Below, piece after piece: positions 24,965-38,900 of a stretch of DNA of 64,000 bases; within the stretch, counting starts at the first letter, position 1, and the number at the start of each line of letters is the position of its first letter. The notes under the pieces were generated by a model. That model searched no databases. It saw nothing but the letters and a program-made list of their open reading frames with translations, and was not told where the DNA came from. The position numbers were made by a program, and so were the translations under genes. The stretch lies in assembly GCA_050084985.1 (NCBI GenBank), contig JBITNC010000001.1, forward strand, positions 21,576,001-21,640,000, given 5' to 3'. Source of the DNA: Nageia nagi. Its lineage: Eukaryota; Plantae; Pinophyta.

Positions 24965-27314
24965 TAATTAGCAAGAATGAAAAAAAATAAGCTTAGGTTT
25001 TGAAATGTTTACATATATATTACAATAGAAAATAAAAACTTCAATAAGAATTCAACCAATACTCCCCCTAAAGGGATATTTTACCAACCCAACTTTAGAA
25101 AGGGGCTTGGTGAATAAAAGACATGTGCGTTTTGTGTAGAAAGTCCATTCCATACTAGAGCATCTAAGTGCTATGATTGAGACTGCGGTCCAACTTCTAT
25201 AGGACCCATAGAAGGTTTAGATGCTATTTCCTTTGGAATATGAATACCAAAGTATCAAAGGATATCCCTATATAGGAAGGCCCTTTTCTTCCACTTTTCT
25301 TTTAATTATGCATGCCACAATGGCTATTGCTTACATCGCACCTAATTTGTATCTCATTCTCTTTTGCTTGTAATTGCCACATATTTTTCTCAGCTAGTAG
25401 TTTATTTTTCTTAGCCAAGAGTTCATGGTAATATTGTATGCATACAATTTTTTATTTTTGTAGCATATCATAACAATGAGCCATTATCTCCATCTCAACC
25501 TTTGTTACAACCAGTTCATGGTGAAGGTAAGCATTCTCTAAGTCTACCCATAAGTTTGTTTCTTTGTTAGAACTCAGGAAAGAACTTCTCATGTGTGTGA
25601 TAAAATTCTATATGGGAGTCATGATGATCAACCTATTGCTCATGATTAAACTATCCAATTTAATAGTCATGATGAGAGAGAAAAATAGGATAGTGATTAC
25701 TTAGTCATTACATGGTTTAGTGGTACTATCATTATTGTCATCTTGACATGACATGATGTATATGACATCAATCAATTAAATGAGTGGTAGGTGAGATATT
25801 TTATCATCACAAATTCATTATCCAATGAATCTTTTTCTCTAGTTTTCATAATTATTATAGTTTGATTATATCAAATCATATGCATTATAAATAGTTGTAA
25901 ATGATCTTTTCTTATCACTTGATACTTTGTATTTATAATTTGAGCTAAAATATTTTATTTTTAGCTATCCTTTATGGATGTTTCTCAATTTCATGCCCTA
26001 TTGAGTGATCTCTAGGATAACATAATGCATCACAGTATTCATGCAAATTTAAAAAATCATGCTTTGATCACTTGTAAGGTTTTATTCTAATAACAACTAG
26101 TATTTCTTCAATTGTATCTAGATGATTATTATGGCATTTGCATAATTTTCATCTCAATCATGAGGATCATGTTCATCGATTATTTCATTTGCTTAATTAA
26201 CTGATTGGATATGGCATATAATAGTTTATACCCTATTTAATCACTATATTTTGCAATTCATATGCTACATCAGATCACCTTCCCTCCATAGGAGTATTTT
26301 GAACCACTCACTATATCATGGGTAGTTTGTTAGCATAAACTATAATGGTCATCCATGTAATCTTTTTGCATTGCTTGGTGAGGTGGACATCATATTTTAT
26401 GTCATTGATTTTCTTTTTCTTATCACTTTTTTCCTCTTTCAATTAATATCTTTTAGGATTGGACACATCAAATTCTAGCATATCTGAAGATGATGCTAAT
26501 TCTTCTAATTCTAGTGACCATTCACCAAATAGCATTAATCATACCATAAGCCCACCCACTTGGGCTTGTCAGTGGGAATCTCTTCTAACATTTTAAAAAA
26601 GTAAAGTACATAATCACATTGGTTATTATGCTTGCATGGTTGATCTATTTTTATGTTCCCATTTTGATTGATAATCTAGTTAGTTTGTAATTCTATAAGT
26701 TCATTTTATTCTATTTGATCACCATCAGTGTTCTTATGTATGAAACCTTAAGAGAGATCTAACTCACTTGTATTCATCATGGATATGACCATTTTTCAAG
26801 GTATTCATGCTAATATTTCCAAGAAGTTCTTTATCAATGTATTCAAGGTTGAGTCATACAATATGCTTGCACTATGTGCAGAGTGCTTTGTGATAAAACC
26901 TATTCACATACATGGTCATCGAATACTCTTCAATGGGCCATATGCTCTATCCATCATATGGAGGATGTTGAGTAGTTTAATCATCATAATAATACTTATC
27001 TATCATCTAAATTAGACATGTAAGATCATACTTTACTATTCTTGGACACCTTTTATCTTCAATTTTTGCACTATACAGGTCCTACCATGCTACATCCTCA
27101 TGAGTACTACCACCTCTATACTATTGCATTTACAGTATGGCAATGAGATCTTATTGGGAGTCCACTTATGTTTCATGACTAAATTGAGAAGGGGTATTAA
27201 TGGGTGTACTACCCATTTTTTGATATCAAATGTCATTTCTCCTTAATCACTCATGTTGCTTTATTCAATATACCCAATTTGCCTATCATAGGTCCTAAGA
27301 GTTCTAACTCCAAC

Positions 27315-27694
27315 TCTCAACCATGACTCTCCTTACATGAAGCATAGCTTACTTGATTAAGACCTTACTAACTAAGATCTATACTAACAACTTCCCATCT
27401 TTATCTTCTTACAAATCTTCACAAAATGAGCTCCTTTTATAGACTCAAAACTAATGATAGTTAACTAACCTAACTATAACAATTTAGTCAACCTTAATTT
27501 ATAATATATAATTACCTTTAATTATTATTTGGAGACACTATTCCACTAATAATATTATTTTGAGTTGGGTGGAGAATACTATTCCACCCACCATGCATGA
27601 ACCTCATTATCACCTAATAACCAAATTTAGGTGATTATTAATATGCTAAATATATTAATTACACAATGCCCTAAATAACATTATAATTCTAACA
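27315..27694 (-). repeat. Truncated 5' LTR of the copia-derived element
   Basis: Matches 22897-23282. The roughly 200-bp inner (U5) end and the PBS are missing. Confidence 0.85.
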
Positions 27695-27773
27695 ATGGGT
27701 AAAGAGGTATATATTAAATCCCTTAAATTTCCTATCATATTATTTATTCTCTTATAGAAGAGTATTATAGGTA

Positions 27774-28040
27774 CACTACACTAAAAAAATGGTCTTTTAG
27801 GGAGGGTTTTTAACTAACCATAAAGATCTTTAAGGGTGGTTATTCAACCATTTTCTATAAGAGCATCATTAAAAAGGTAACAACATATAAGGGTAGTTAA
27901 CAAGTGCTCTAGTTTATCCATATGAGGAAGGTTTAGAACCAACCTATTAATCTCTTAAAAACCCTTAATATAATCTAATATGGAAATTTTAAACTACCTT
28001 AACAAAGCCTCAATAGGATGGTTTTAAATGGTTTTCTATT
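27774..28040 (+). mobile_element. CACTA/EnSpm transposon left terminus with subterminal repeats
   Basis: Starts CACTACACTAAAAAAAT, followed by repeated AGGG(A/T)GGTT and AACCACC-type motifs in both orientations. I found no matching right end in the window. Confidence 0.65.
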
Positions 28041-28133
28041 ATTACATTTAAAAAATAAAAAAAATTATCCATGCATTACATAATATTCAAGATATTGTAA
28101 ATTCCTCTACATGTCTATTTCTTATATGCTACA

Positions 28134-29863
28134 TGTAAGGCCCAATATAATGATGTAAATCTAAAAATATATTAGTTAATAAAAGCTAATTTTACATTCC
28201 AAATTGTCAAGCATAAAAGAGGAAAAGGATACATAACTCTTTCAAGAAACCCTAAAAACTTCTAATGAGTCTGAAAATTCCTAAAAATAATTGAAATTCC
28301 TAAATATGTGTGGAATCTCTTCCACTTACAAATATGAACATACTAAATATAAAATATTTCCACAATCACACATCTAAATCTAATTAATATTTATAATTAA
28401 CCTTACTCCTTAAGGGTTATATTTATAACATTACCCCCTTAATCTAAAAGGGATTAAGAAGGAAATTAAAAAAAAATGATGTACCTTAAGGTGTGTAAAA
28501 TATTCTTCACTAAAAAATAAGTAATCTCCTCAAAAAATCCACCATAAGTGATTAAGCCCAATGTTCCCTCCCTTAATTCAAAGGTGTAAAAATATTATAA
28601 TAGAAGTCTTCTTCACAAGAGTATCAAGAAAAGTGACTTCATCAAATAAGAATAATACTAGATGAAGTCTAAGAACAATGAAGTGCATCCAAGTATCCTC
28701 TAAGAAACAACAAAAAAAAATTTTCTTTAACATAGGTCATTCCAAGGAAATGAAATCTCCATAAATAAAGAAATTAAACCAATCACCATTAAATTCTCTC
28801 GAATGAGGAGAAATAGGATGTGAAGAAACATATTCTCCACCATGAATACAAAATATGTGCATAAACAAACATATACTAAGTCTCACATATATACAATGCT
28901 CACATAAGATGTGATCTCCCATATTTACACAATATGATATATCTCATACACTTGCTTCAAAGCTCATCAAAGTTGTCAAAGCAAAGAAGCATGAAGAAAC
29001 ATTACCTCAACAACCAAATTTCTCCATATATGAAATTATGAACAAAGTTTATTAGTAAATAAAATTTTTCCATTTACAAACTAGCTCCAAGAAAAACTCA
29101 AAGCATATTGGCATGATTAAAGAAACCACCCTCCCTCCTACACTTATATGGTGTTAGGTTGATATTGCTATCAAAATACTAGCTAAAAACCAAAGATATT
29201 GAGGCTAAGATGGTATTGCTATCATAACACTATCAATCAAAAGACCCAAACTATCTCCATCTTTGAATAACAAGGCAAGCAAAAAAGAAATAGTACAAAA
29301 TATGAAGTAAGAGTAACATAACCATATTCAAAAATGGCTCTAATATGATATCAAGTATCCAAATTTATGAGTATGTAGCAATACCCTTCAAAAATCAAAG
29401 AAAACATAAAATACTTTTAACATCAAAATTCTCCAACAAAATTGCCTTACAATGAAAATATGAAGTCTTAAAAAAATTTGAAAATCAAGGTAATATAATA
29501 TCCTTCATAATGAATATTCTCAACAATATTCCTCTAAAATAATAAGATATATAAAAATAAATTCCTTTATGTCAAAGGTCTTAAAAGTTTGAACCTCTAG
29601 CAAAAACTTTCATCAAAATCAGACCAAAATTGTTTAACATATGGTCAAAATATAATAAAAATGTTTAAATAGGCTAAAAGCTATTAAAATATCACTACAC
29701 AAGTGGTCAAATGGTCAAATAAATGAGTAGACATGGTAGGTATAATGTAAGCATTGATTGGGCAAAGTTGGTCTGAGTTGGTGATAAAAAATTGGTATAG
29801 TCTAGGTCTGAAGACTCCATGCAAGCTAGGAGGGAGGAATTGGTAGGTGAGAAGAGTGTTACA
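28134..29863. repeat. Probable solo LTR (about 1.7 kb)
   Basis: TGTAAGGCCC...GAGTGTTACA termini and no coding motifs. No TSD was recovered, and it abuts the Tekay-like 5' LTR. Confidence 0.45.
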
Positions 29864-32800
29864 ATGGTGAATCTCCCCTTAATACTATTTTATACATTTG
29901 TAACAATGTTGTGATAAGCATTTTATGTTTGAAATATGTTTATGTGATCATTTGTTTATGAGTTCTTGCATTATTATGAATGATTATTTCATATATTCTT
30001 GTGAATTTGATACTTCTTCGAATTGATGTGTTTATAGGAACAAGTGCCCAAGTAATTAGGTCCTTAATTGGATGTAAAATGGCATGACAATGATGCCTCA
30101 ACCCAACAGGGAAGTATGAATACATCTAGGCATTTTATTTTGTTATGTGATTGAAAGCTAGAAGGTACCTTTTTGGTAAAAGAGCTCTATTTTTCCCTTC
30201 TAGTGCATGGCTATGTATGTGTTTTGCTTACCTTGATTAATTACTTTGGTTAGAAAATAGTAATAATAGTTAATACCAAAAGAAAAATGCACATTAAATT
30301 AGTTGAATTAATATCTAGATATTTGAATGATTTAATTAAGTATCTAAAATATATGGTATTAATTTTTAGATGTATAATAGTTTTGAAGATTAAACTAATT
30401 ATATAAAATGTATGTTGTATTTTATTTTTAAATTTTTTTTTAACATATAATACTAAACCTAAAGTAAAACTAGTTTTTTTAGTTTTACTCCCATAAGTTT
30501 TTGGAAGAGGTTTTGCAACTGCAACCCTATAGTTTTTATGCAACTACAAATAAATACTGCTTTTTATACACATGGTGTGGATTTTTGAAAATTCTTTTGG
30601 AGCTTGCTTGTTGTTGGGTTTTGGATTAAGCTTGTATTGTTGGGAGAGACATCTATAGAAAGAAATTGCTTGCAAATTTTAGGTTTTCTCTTGCATGCTA
30701 GTTTTATATATTTTTTGAAAGGAAATTTGAATGTTGCAAAATATTAGAACATATTTAGTTTTGATATTTGTGCTTTTTAAAATAATTTACCCTTTTTGAA
30801 TTTGAATAAATATGGGTTTTATAGATATCTTGAAATAGAAAAATTCGAATATAAACATCAATTTGCATTATGGGTCTTGATAATAAAGGTTGTATTTAAA
30901 TTTTAAATGCATTTAAATTTTAGGAAAACTAATTTTGTATTCAACCTAAGGATGAGCATTTAATTGGATTTCTATTCTTTGCAACATACTTGTATTAATA
31001 TATATCAATAAAAAATATGCATTCATAATAAGCTAATCAAGGAAAGTTCTTAGCATGAAATTGTTTTATATTACTTGCTTTGCATTATAATTGATATGTC
31101 AATAAGATGCATTTAAACTCAAAAGAAGTGATAATTTGATCCAACTAAATTTTACATCCATGATAGAGGCTCACCTTCCACTTGAAGAGAATGAACAAGT
31201 TTAGAAAGGAGGTGATAAAATATACTTTATGTATTGTAGAGAAAGTGATATTGATGATTTTTTAAACTCATTTGTAATGGATACTTGAAAGAGATAAAAA
31301 TGAAATAGATGATGAATCCTTAAAGTAATTGTTAGGTAATTTAAATTGAAAAACTTAACATAGGCAAAACTTGTACTTAGAATATGTAATTAATTATATG
31401 GTGGTGGATGTGAGAGACTTTTGAGACATGACGGATGAGTTGGTGACTAGATCAGAATGGAATTATTTCATATCATGCTTAATATATGCATTGAATTAGT
31501 AGTACCAGATTTATTTAAGGTTGTTCACATAGGAGGTGATAGAGCTAGAGGTATCCATAATGTGAGAATGTAGAGTCACTGATTGGATGTTTGAATGGTG
31601 GAGGCTGGCATAGCAATTAAGAGGTGTTAGATGAGATGCTTCCATTATCAAATGAGAAATTCTCAAGGCACATGCAGAAGTTTTAGGTTATAATGAATAC
31701 TTAAGTTAGGGGAGGGATGTGAGGTCACTAATGGATCTTGTTGAGTGAGCTAGTAAGAATTCAGTGAGGTGACATCAAGAGGTTTTATAAAAGAGTTGAG
31801 GCTATTGGATTTTTGGTAATGATTTGAGTGTAATGATGGGATGTTATCACTAAGGTTGTGGAAGAAGCTAGTGGTATGACATTAGTTTAAAGTGGGCTTT
31901 GTTTTTGAGTTTGATATATATTCACCTAGAAGAAGTCTTTAGATTGTTGACACATAGAACAGAGTCTCTAGCTTGGAAAATAAGGGATTGAATATTACTA
32001 GAGATAAACACCCATAGGAAATGAAGCTAGATTTATTCTCATATTTGGAGAGAATTGGATGGGATAGTAAGTGTATCCTAAGGGAAGGATTGTTGTATCC
32101 ATGGCTAAAGGTAGATAAGATAATTATGAACTATTTTACCCTAGAAACCTAGATGACATGGGTACAAGGCTACCACTTGGCGATACTAAATCACATCCAT
32201 TGGAAAAAAAGAGTCAAAGTACCTTATTTTCTCTTTAAGGAGATGAAGAAAGTGGAAAAGGAACTCTCAAAAGGGGGAGATAAATTTGCCTTACAATAGG
32301 ATCTTTTCTTACTTATTGCAAAGTTTATGGAAAAAAATAAGGTTGGATGGGGGACACAGATGAACTTATACCAATAATCAAGAAACCTAAGAGTGGAGTT
32401 CTTGGAGGAAATCAGAAATGAAGAAGGAGGTTTATGGAGGGAGGTGCAGCTCATAGAGGAGAATTAGAGTGATGGTGAAGGAGGGGTTTGAAGACTTGTA
32501 CAAGAAAAAACCTTTGGTATCTAAAGTAAAAAATCAAGGTTCAGGAAGAAAGTGAGAGCGACTTAGGGAATGTTGCTACGAGATATTGGAGTATTGAGAG
32601 GAGTGTTGGTGGTGGGTGTAAATAACATCATAATGATGGTTGAAAGATCCAATAATGTATTTTAAGGAGATGGAGGGGTAGGGTCTATGTTTGTGTATGA
32701 TAAGTTTATTTATTTTGATTTGAACAGGGGGTGTTTTTGGTTGGTCATTTTATGGCATGTAGTATCATCATTGTCATCATGTAGTGTCATAACTGTATGA

Positions 32801-33690
32801 AAGGGTGCCTAGAGACATAATAAGTATTTTAGAAACTAGTATGTTTTTATAATGTATGGAATATAATTGGAAATAACAAGGCATTTGTATTTAGGGTTAT
32901 TGGTTCCCATCAAAAACCACCACTAATCTTATAAAAAATAAACTTGTACTTGGAATGATTTGGTCCATTTCATAGTTTCAAAGTATGGGCTCTATAAAAT
33001 TGTATAGAAGGATCTAGTCAAGTGGATGATATTTCACTAAAGTACTAAGTAGAAAAATCCTTAGGTGATTAGTAAAACTTAGAAAAGAAGAAAATATTAT
33101 TCTACAACAAGTCCATAAACACTTAGCTAAAAAATAAGAGTAGGTTATTTCTAGAACAGGTAGTAATTATGGGAATTATTAGTAGGTAATTACTACATTA
33201 TTATTGATGATCCTTTAAATGTGTTATGCTAGGTAATGATACTTTACCTTAGTCTCTAGGGTAGTGAATTACATTGATTTCAAATCATAGGAGGTGATAT
33301 CAAGTTGATTCACTTGGATTGTTCTTATGATCACTTTACGGGGTAGCATGAATGATGATTGGGAAATGTGTGTCCCTTCTTAGGAGTATAGCCCTAAGAA
33401 TAACCTAAAGGTCATGAATGGTATAGGATAGTTTTAGCATGCCATATGTTAGAACTAAATGTGCTAATTAAATGAACATGGGAGATGTTAGAAGAAATAA
33501 CTACATGTGACTTGCAACTTATGGGGTTTGATCAACCTCATCCATGTGAGGGTCATCTATAGTGATAAATATAAACTCAAATGTTGAATTACCAAAGCCT
33601 ATTTTTAATAAAAAAATTTAAGTATGATTATATATGTGTACAATAAAAAAATAGTACTAAATTTCTAAATAGAATTAGATGGATGTTTTA
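29863..33690 (+). repeat. 5' LTR (about 3.8 kb) of the Tekay-like element
   Basis: The start aligns to the TGTGATGATCCTCCCC start of the 3' LTR, and it ends just before the PBS. Only the first 1.4 kb or so can be verified against the partner LTR. Confidence 0.7.
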
Positions 33691-33692
33691 TT

Positions 33693-33704
33693 TGGTATTA
33701 GAGC
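33693..33704 (+). promoter_or_regulatory. Primer-binding site (tRNA-iMet)
   Basis: TGGTATTAGAGC, one mismatch from the canonical TGGTATCAGAGC. Confidence 0.85.
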
Positions 33705-33789
33705 ATTAGTGTCATAGGGAAAATGCTTCCTAAAAACAAAACTATTTCATAAACCTAACTTAAACCTTTTATGTCCTTTTCAAGTAGAC

Positions 33790-35944
33790 ATGACCACCAA
33801 TATAAGGAATGCTTTTTGGATGGAATCCCAACCAAGCACATTCCTAGGGAAATATTTCCCAAATTAATAGGAAATTTAAAAAATATCAAGAGCTTGAACT
33901 GAAAAATACTACCATTCTAAGATTGTAAGAGCAATTCACAAAGCAATAAGAAATGTTCAAAAATTGATGAATAAAATGTAAAATCCCAATAATTGAAATA
34001 ATCTTGATGATAATGAGGAAAGGTTGGTAACAATAATGTTAATCCTATAAGGTCTAGGGTAGATCAGAAGTTATGAAAGATTTGAAGAAGCTACTAGTTC
34101 CAAGATTTAATAGAGAATATGGAGGTTAATTTGTTGAGGGTTGGTTGGAAGAAATGGACATATACTTATCCATGAAAAATATTTCTTCTAAATCTCAACT
34201 ACTTTGGCTATAGTGGACTTTTACATACCCTCTTTGTAATGGTGGAAGTCCTATAAAGCTCAAAAAAAGATCCAAGTGTGAACCTTAAATGGTAGGATTT
34301 TATTATTTTTTTTAATAAGCAATATATAATGAAACAATTTTATTCTAAAAAGTATGATGATTTTATACCCTTTAGAAAGTAAATTTATCAATGAAATAGT
34401 ATTACCAAAAATTTATTAAATTGTTGAAATAAGTAATTGAGAATAAAAACGAAATGAAGGTTCATAGATATATTATGTGTTTGGATGCTAGAATCAAACT
34501 ATTAGAAAATATGTATGAGGAACAAATGTTGGAAAAATCATATGACCTAGCTTGATAGGTAGAATGTAATTTAAGAGTCAAACAATCCTTTATGAATTAT
34601 AGCATTTTTGAATGAAGAAGAAAACCAAGAGATGAGAAATTTGAATAATAAAGGATTTAGTAAAGAAAAATCAAAATCAAAATTATCAAACCCAAAAGAA
34701 AAATAATATAAATGGTGGCAATAAAAAGTAAAATCCTTAGAAAAATAGAAATCATGATCAATGATAAAATAAAAATTTCTAATAAAGAGGAATTATGCTC
34801 TGAGAGATAATTATTAGAATGAGAATTAGGGATCAAAAAGGTATTATGTTGGGTTTACAATAGACCTATCCATTTTGCAAATAAGTGACAAAAAAGGAGA
34901 ATTTTTCTAAACATAGGATCTTTGCAGAATTCAGGAAGGCTAAGTTGAACAATCAAGAAATACCTATACAGATTTCAAGTATAATGTTTGATAAAAAATT
35001 TAAAATTCTTATTAATTATGGTGCAATAGAGAGTTTTATTTCATTTTAATTATAAGAGATATTTAAAAGAACTAAAAAATTTATGGAAGGGTGTTTCAAT
35101 CAGTATGGCTCTGGATAAACTTTCTTAGTTAATCAATGTTTTAAAAATACTAAATTAAATTACATAAAGGAGTAGTAGAATGGGATCTATACATAGACCT
35201 TTACATTCCTTGATGTTATTCTAGGAATGGATTGACTTAGAGCTCATAAAAATTTGATTGAGTTTCAAAAAGGTAGATTGAATTCACTTATCTCAACTTG
35301 TAAAGATAGAGAATCCATTGTGCTACAAGTAGTTCAAACCCTATCTCCTTACTGCCATGCAGTTAAAAAGAACTATTTGAAAGGATGAGTTAATTTATGC
35401 AATAAAGATTAAGGAAGTAAAAAAAGTTAATATAAAGGACAAAATATTTCAACAACATTTCCTTTGCAAAACTTTTAGGAAGTTTTTCTTGAAGACTTAC
35501 CAAGGTTACCTCTAAAATAAGAATTTGATTTCTCTATTGATCTAATTCCTAGCGTAGAGCTAATTTCAAAAACTCCTTATAGGATGACAACAATCAAGAT
35601 GTAGGAGTTAAAGGTGCAAATTCAAGATTTTTTGGAAAAAGGTCTAATCAAGCTCAATGTATCCCATTGGGATACTACAATCCTCTTTATGAAAAAGGAG
35701 GGGTCCATATGTTTATGTATCGATTATCAAATATTGAACAAAATCATGATTAAGAATAGATACCCTCTTCTAAGAATCAATGATTTGTTAGACCAAGTTA
35801 AAATGCTACTAAGAATCAAAAGTGATCTGAGATCTATATACCATTAGTTAAGAATCAAAAGTTCTGACACACATAAAATAGCTTTTAAAACCAAATATGG
35901 CCATTATGAGTTTATTGTGCTACCTTTTAGATTTACCAATGGGC
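33790..35944 (+). pseudogene. Tekay-like gag, protease and RT N-terminus (decayed)
   Basis: VPRFN...VEGWLEEMDIYL (about 34095-34170); knuckle relic CWVYNRPIHFANK (about 34847); protease LINYGAIESFIS (about 35010); RT PYRM...ICLCIDYQILNK...YPLLRINDLLDQ...[14 protein letters not shown]. Confidence 0.85.
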
Positions 35945-38900
35945 CTTTATGATGCTAAAATATGAATAGGTAAATATTGCAAAAATGAAATGAATATTGA
36001 TTTGAAATAGGAAAATGATAACTATCTATTGAAATAACAAGGCATGCATTGGTAAATAGAATCGAAATAGCATCAATAAGTAGATAAGGATAAGATTTTA
36101 CTAAATAGTAATAGAATAATAGGTCACTTTAAAGGGGCTACCTCCTTACAACTACAAAGGAAAAAAATAATGTTCAAGATGCATTTCTCCACATGATTCT
36201 ATTTATTTATATTAAACTAACCCTAACCCTAATATAATGTAAAATCGGGCCTCACCTTACAATCACAATATTACAATTTACAATATAGGTTAACAATTTA
36301 ATAAAATACTAATACTAACACTAAAATGTTAGGATGTTGGATCCTAACATGCTACCTCTCTTGGGATGAAGCTTTACCCTCAAATCTTGATGTGTGAAAA
36401 CTATTGCTACAACTAATGAAGGATTTCCCATGTTGCATCTTCTAGTGCCATACCTTGCCATTGTACAATATTTCTATGATGGAGTGATTATGAAGCTATC
36501 ATGAACATTGATCTAGAACTACCTCAAGTACAACTACCATTGATCCATCATATGCCAACTCGAAGTAACTACATCTGAACTTGAACCTTTGATCCAACCA
36601 CTTTCTTGAGGTAAGAGACATGAAACACTAAGTGAATCTTGGAAGAAGCAAGAAGCTCTAATTTGTATGCAGCTAGGCCAATGCATTGTAACACCTTGTA
36701 AGGACCATAAAATTTGGGGCCAATTTTTGAGGGCCTTTTATTTATAAGGATTTCTTGCGATAAGGTTACAACCTTAGAAAGACCATGTCATCTACCTAGA
36801 ACTCTCTTTCCACACATTGCTGATTAGCTTGTTATTTCATATGATGTTGGGCTATCTGAAGGTTATCCTTAAGAAATGAAGAATATCATCCTAAGTAACT
36901 AAAGCTAAGTCAATTACCTAAAATTTACATAGTACCTATAATGTACAAGGTGCATATGATGGAGCTTGACTATACATACTTCATAGGGGTCATCTTGCTG
37001 TAGAATGATAAGATGTATTATACCACCATTTAGCCAAAGGAAACCATCATACCCAATACATAGGTTGTGTTGAAGCAAAATAACATAAATATGTTTCCAA
37101 GCATTTGTTGACAATTTTAGTCTAACCATCAGTTTGTGGGTGATATGCTGAGCTCATGTTTAGTTGGGTACATTGCAATTTAAAAATCTCTTGCCAAAAA
37201 TGACTTGTAAAAGTGGGATCATGATTATTGATAATTGTCTTTGGCATGCCATGTAGTTTGAAAATTGTATTCAAAAATAATTGTGCCATTATCACTGCTT
37301 TGTAGGAATGAGCTAATGAATGAAAATGAGCATATTTGGATAAATTGATCAACCACCACTAGAATAACTGATTTACCATGAGATTTAGGAAGGCCTTCAA
37401 TGAAATCCATTAAGATATCAGTCCATGTATGGGTAGGTATGGGAAGAGGTTGAAGGAGTCTCAAAGTACCCATTGTCTCACCTTTTTATCATTGACACAC
37501 ATCATAAGCTACCATAAACTACTTAATATCCAATCTCATACCTATCTAATAGAATAAATTGTGCCACTCACTTATAAGTTTTCAAAAATCCTTCATGTCT
37601 TGATGTAGGTGTGGAATGCAATTAGAAGTATTTTTGATTTATATTTTGAAGGATATGGTAACAAAATTTGACCTTTAATATCAAAATACCATCATGCCAT
37701 GTGTGGTGTGGTTTACTCATGGGTGTTGAGTGATCTATTTTAGCAATTCTTGGGTGGAGCTATCCTCTGCCACTCTTGTTTAACTTTATCTAACCATTAA
37801 GAAATAGGAGATGAAAGATCTTACAATGCTACTTGATCTTCAAATTTTTTGGATAGAGAATCAACAACCACATTCTTCTTACCTTTATGATATACTATCT
37901 CATAATCATACCCCAATAGTTTGGTCATCCATTTTTGTTGCTCAAACATAGAAATGCATTGCTCAATGAAAAATTTCAAACTGTGATGATTCATAAGGAT
38001 GATGAAATGGTAACTAATGAGATATGGTCTCTACTATTGAACTGCATGAATGATGGTAAGCATTTCTTTTTCATAAGTGGATTTACCCAAATTTTTTCTA
38101 GAGAGTGCTCTACTAGTGAATGTTCAAGGGATACCCCTCTTGCATTAATACTACCCACAATTCCTACTCCACAAGCATCACTTTCTATCACAAAGGCTTT
38201 AGAAAAAATTGGCATTACTAATACTAGGGTGGTACACATCACTCCTTAAGCTTAAGGAAAGCTACCTCAGCTTGAGGGGACCATTGGAATGATTCTTTTC
38301 AACAACATTGTTAGAGGTGCTACAATCTTACCATAATCCTTCACAAATTTCTTATAATATCCTGTCAACCCCAAGAATCCTTGGAGACTTTTCAAATATG
38401 TAGGAATAACCACTTCTACATGTTAGTAATCTTTTATGGATCCACCTTAACTCCCTCTTCAGATATTACATGGCGTAATTATCAATTTCCTTCTTATCGA
38501 ATGAACATTTTGATTTTTTTGCATATAGCTGGTGTTCCTTAAAAATTTGTAAGGTTTGGTAAACATGTGCATATGTTCTTGCCATGTCTTACTATAGATT
38601 AAGATATCATCAAAAAAAATTAAAATGAACTTCCTAAGGAATGGATGAAACACCTGATTCATTAACTTTGAAACATGGATGGAGCATTTGTGAGGCTAAA
38701 AGGCATGACTAGGAACTCATAATGGCCCTCATGGGTTGAAATGTAGTTTTTAGTATATCATCCTCCTTGAGGTAGATTTAGTGATACCCAGATCATACGT
38801 CCAGCTTGAAAAATATCTTGCCCCATGTAGTTCATCCAATAATTCATCAATGATCAAGATGGGAAATTTTTCCTTGATGGTAATTTTGTTGAGGGCTATG

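Larger units (their letters stand above)
22698..27694 (-). mobile_element. Non-autonomous, copia-derived LTR element inserted in LINE-B ORF1
   Basis: Perfect 5-bp TSD ATGGG (22693-22697 and 27695-27699); TG...CA ends; PPT next to the left LTR (minus-strand TAAGGAGAAG). A copia RNase H C-terminal relic FTKPLSK...LGLVKYP followed by AGGGGGAG lies at about 25070-25115. An extra internal PPT-like AAGGGGGAGAAAA lies at about 23913-23925. Confidence 0.8.
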
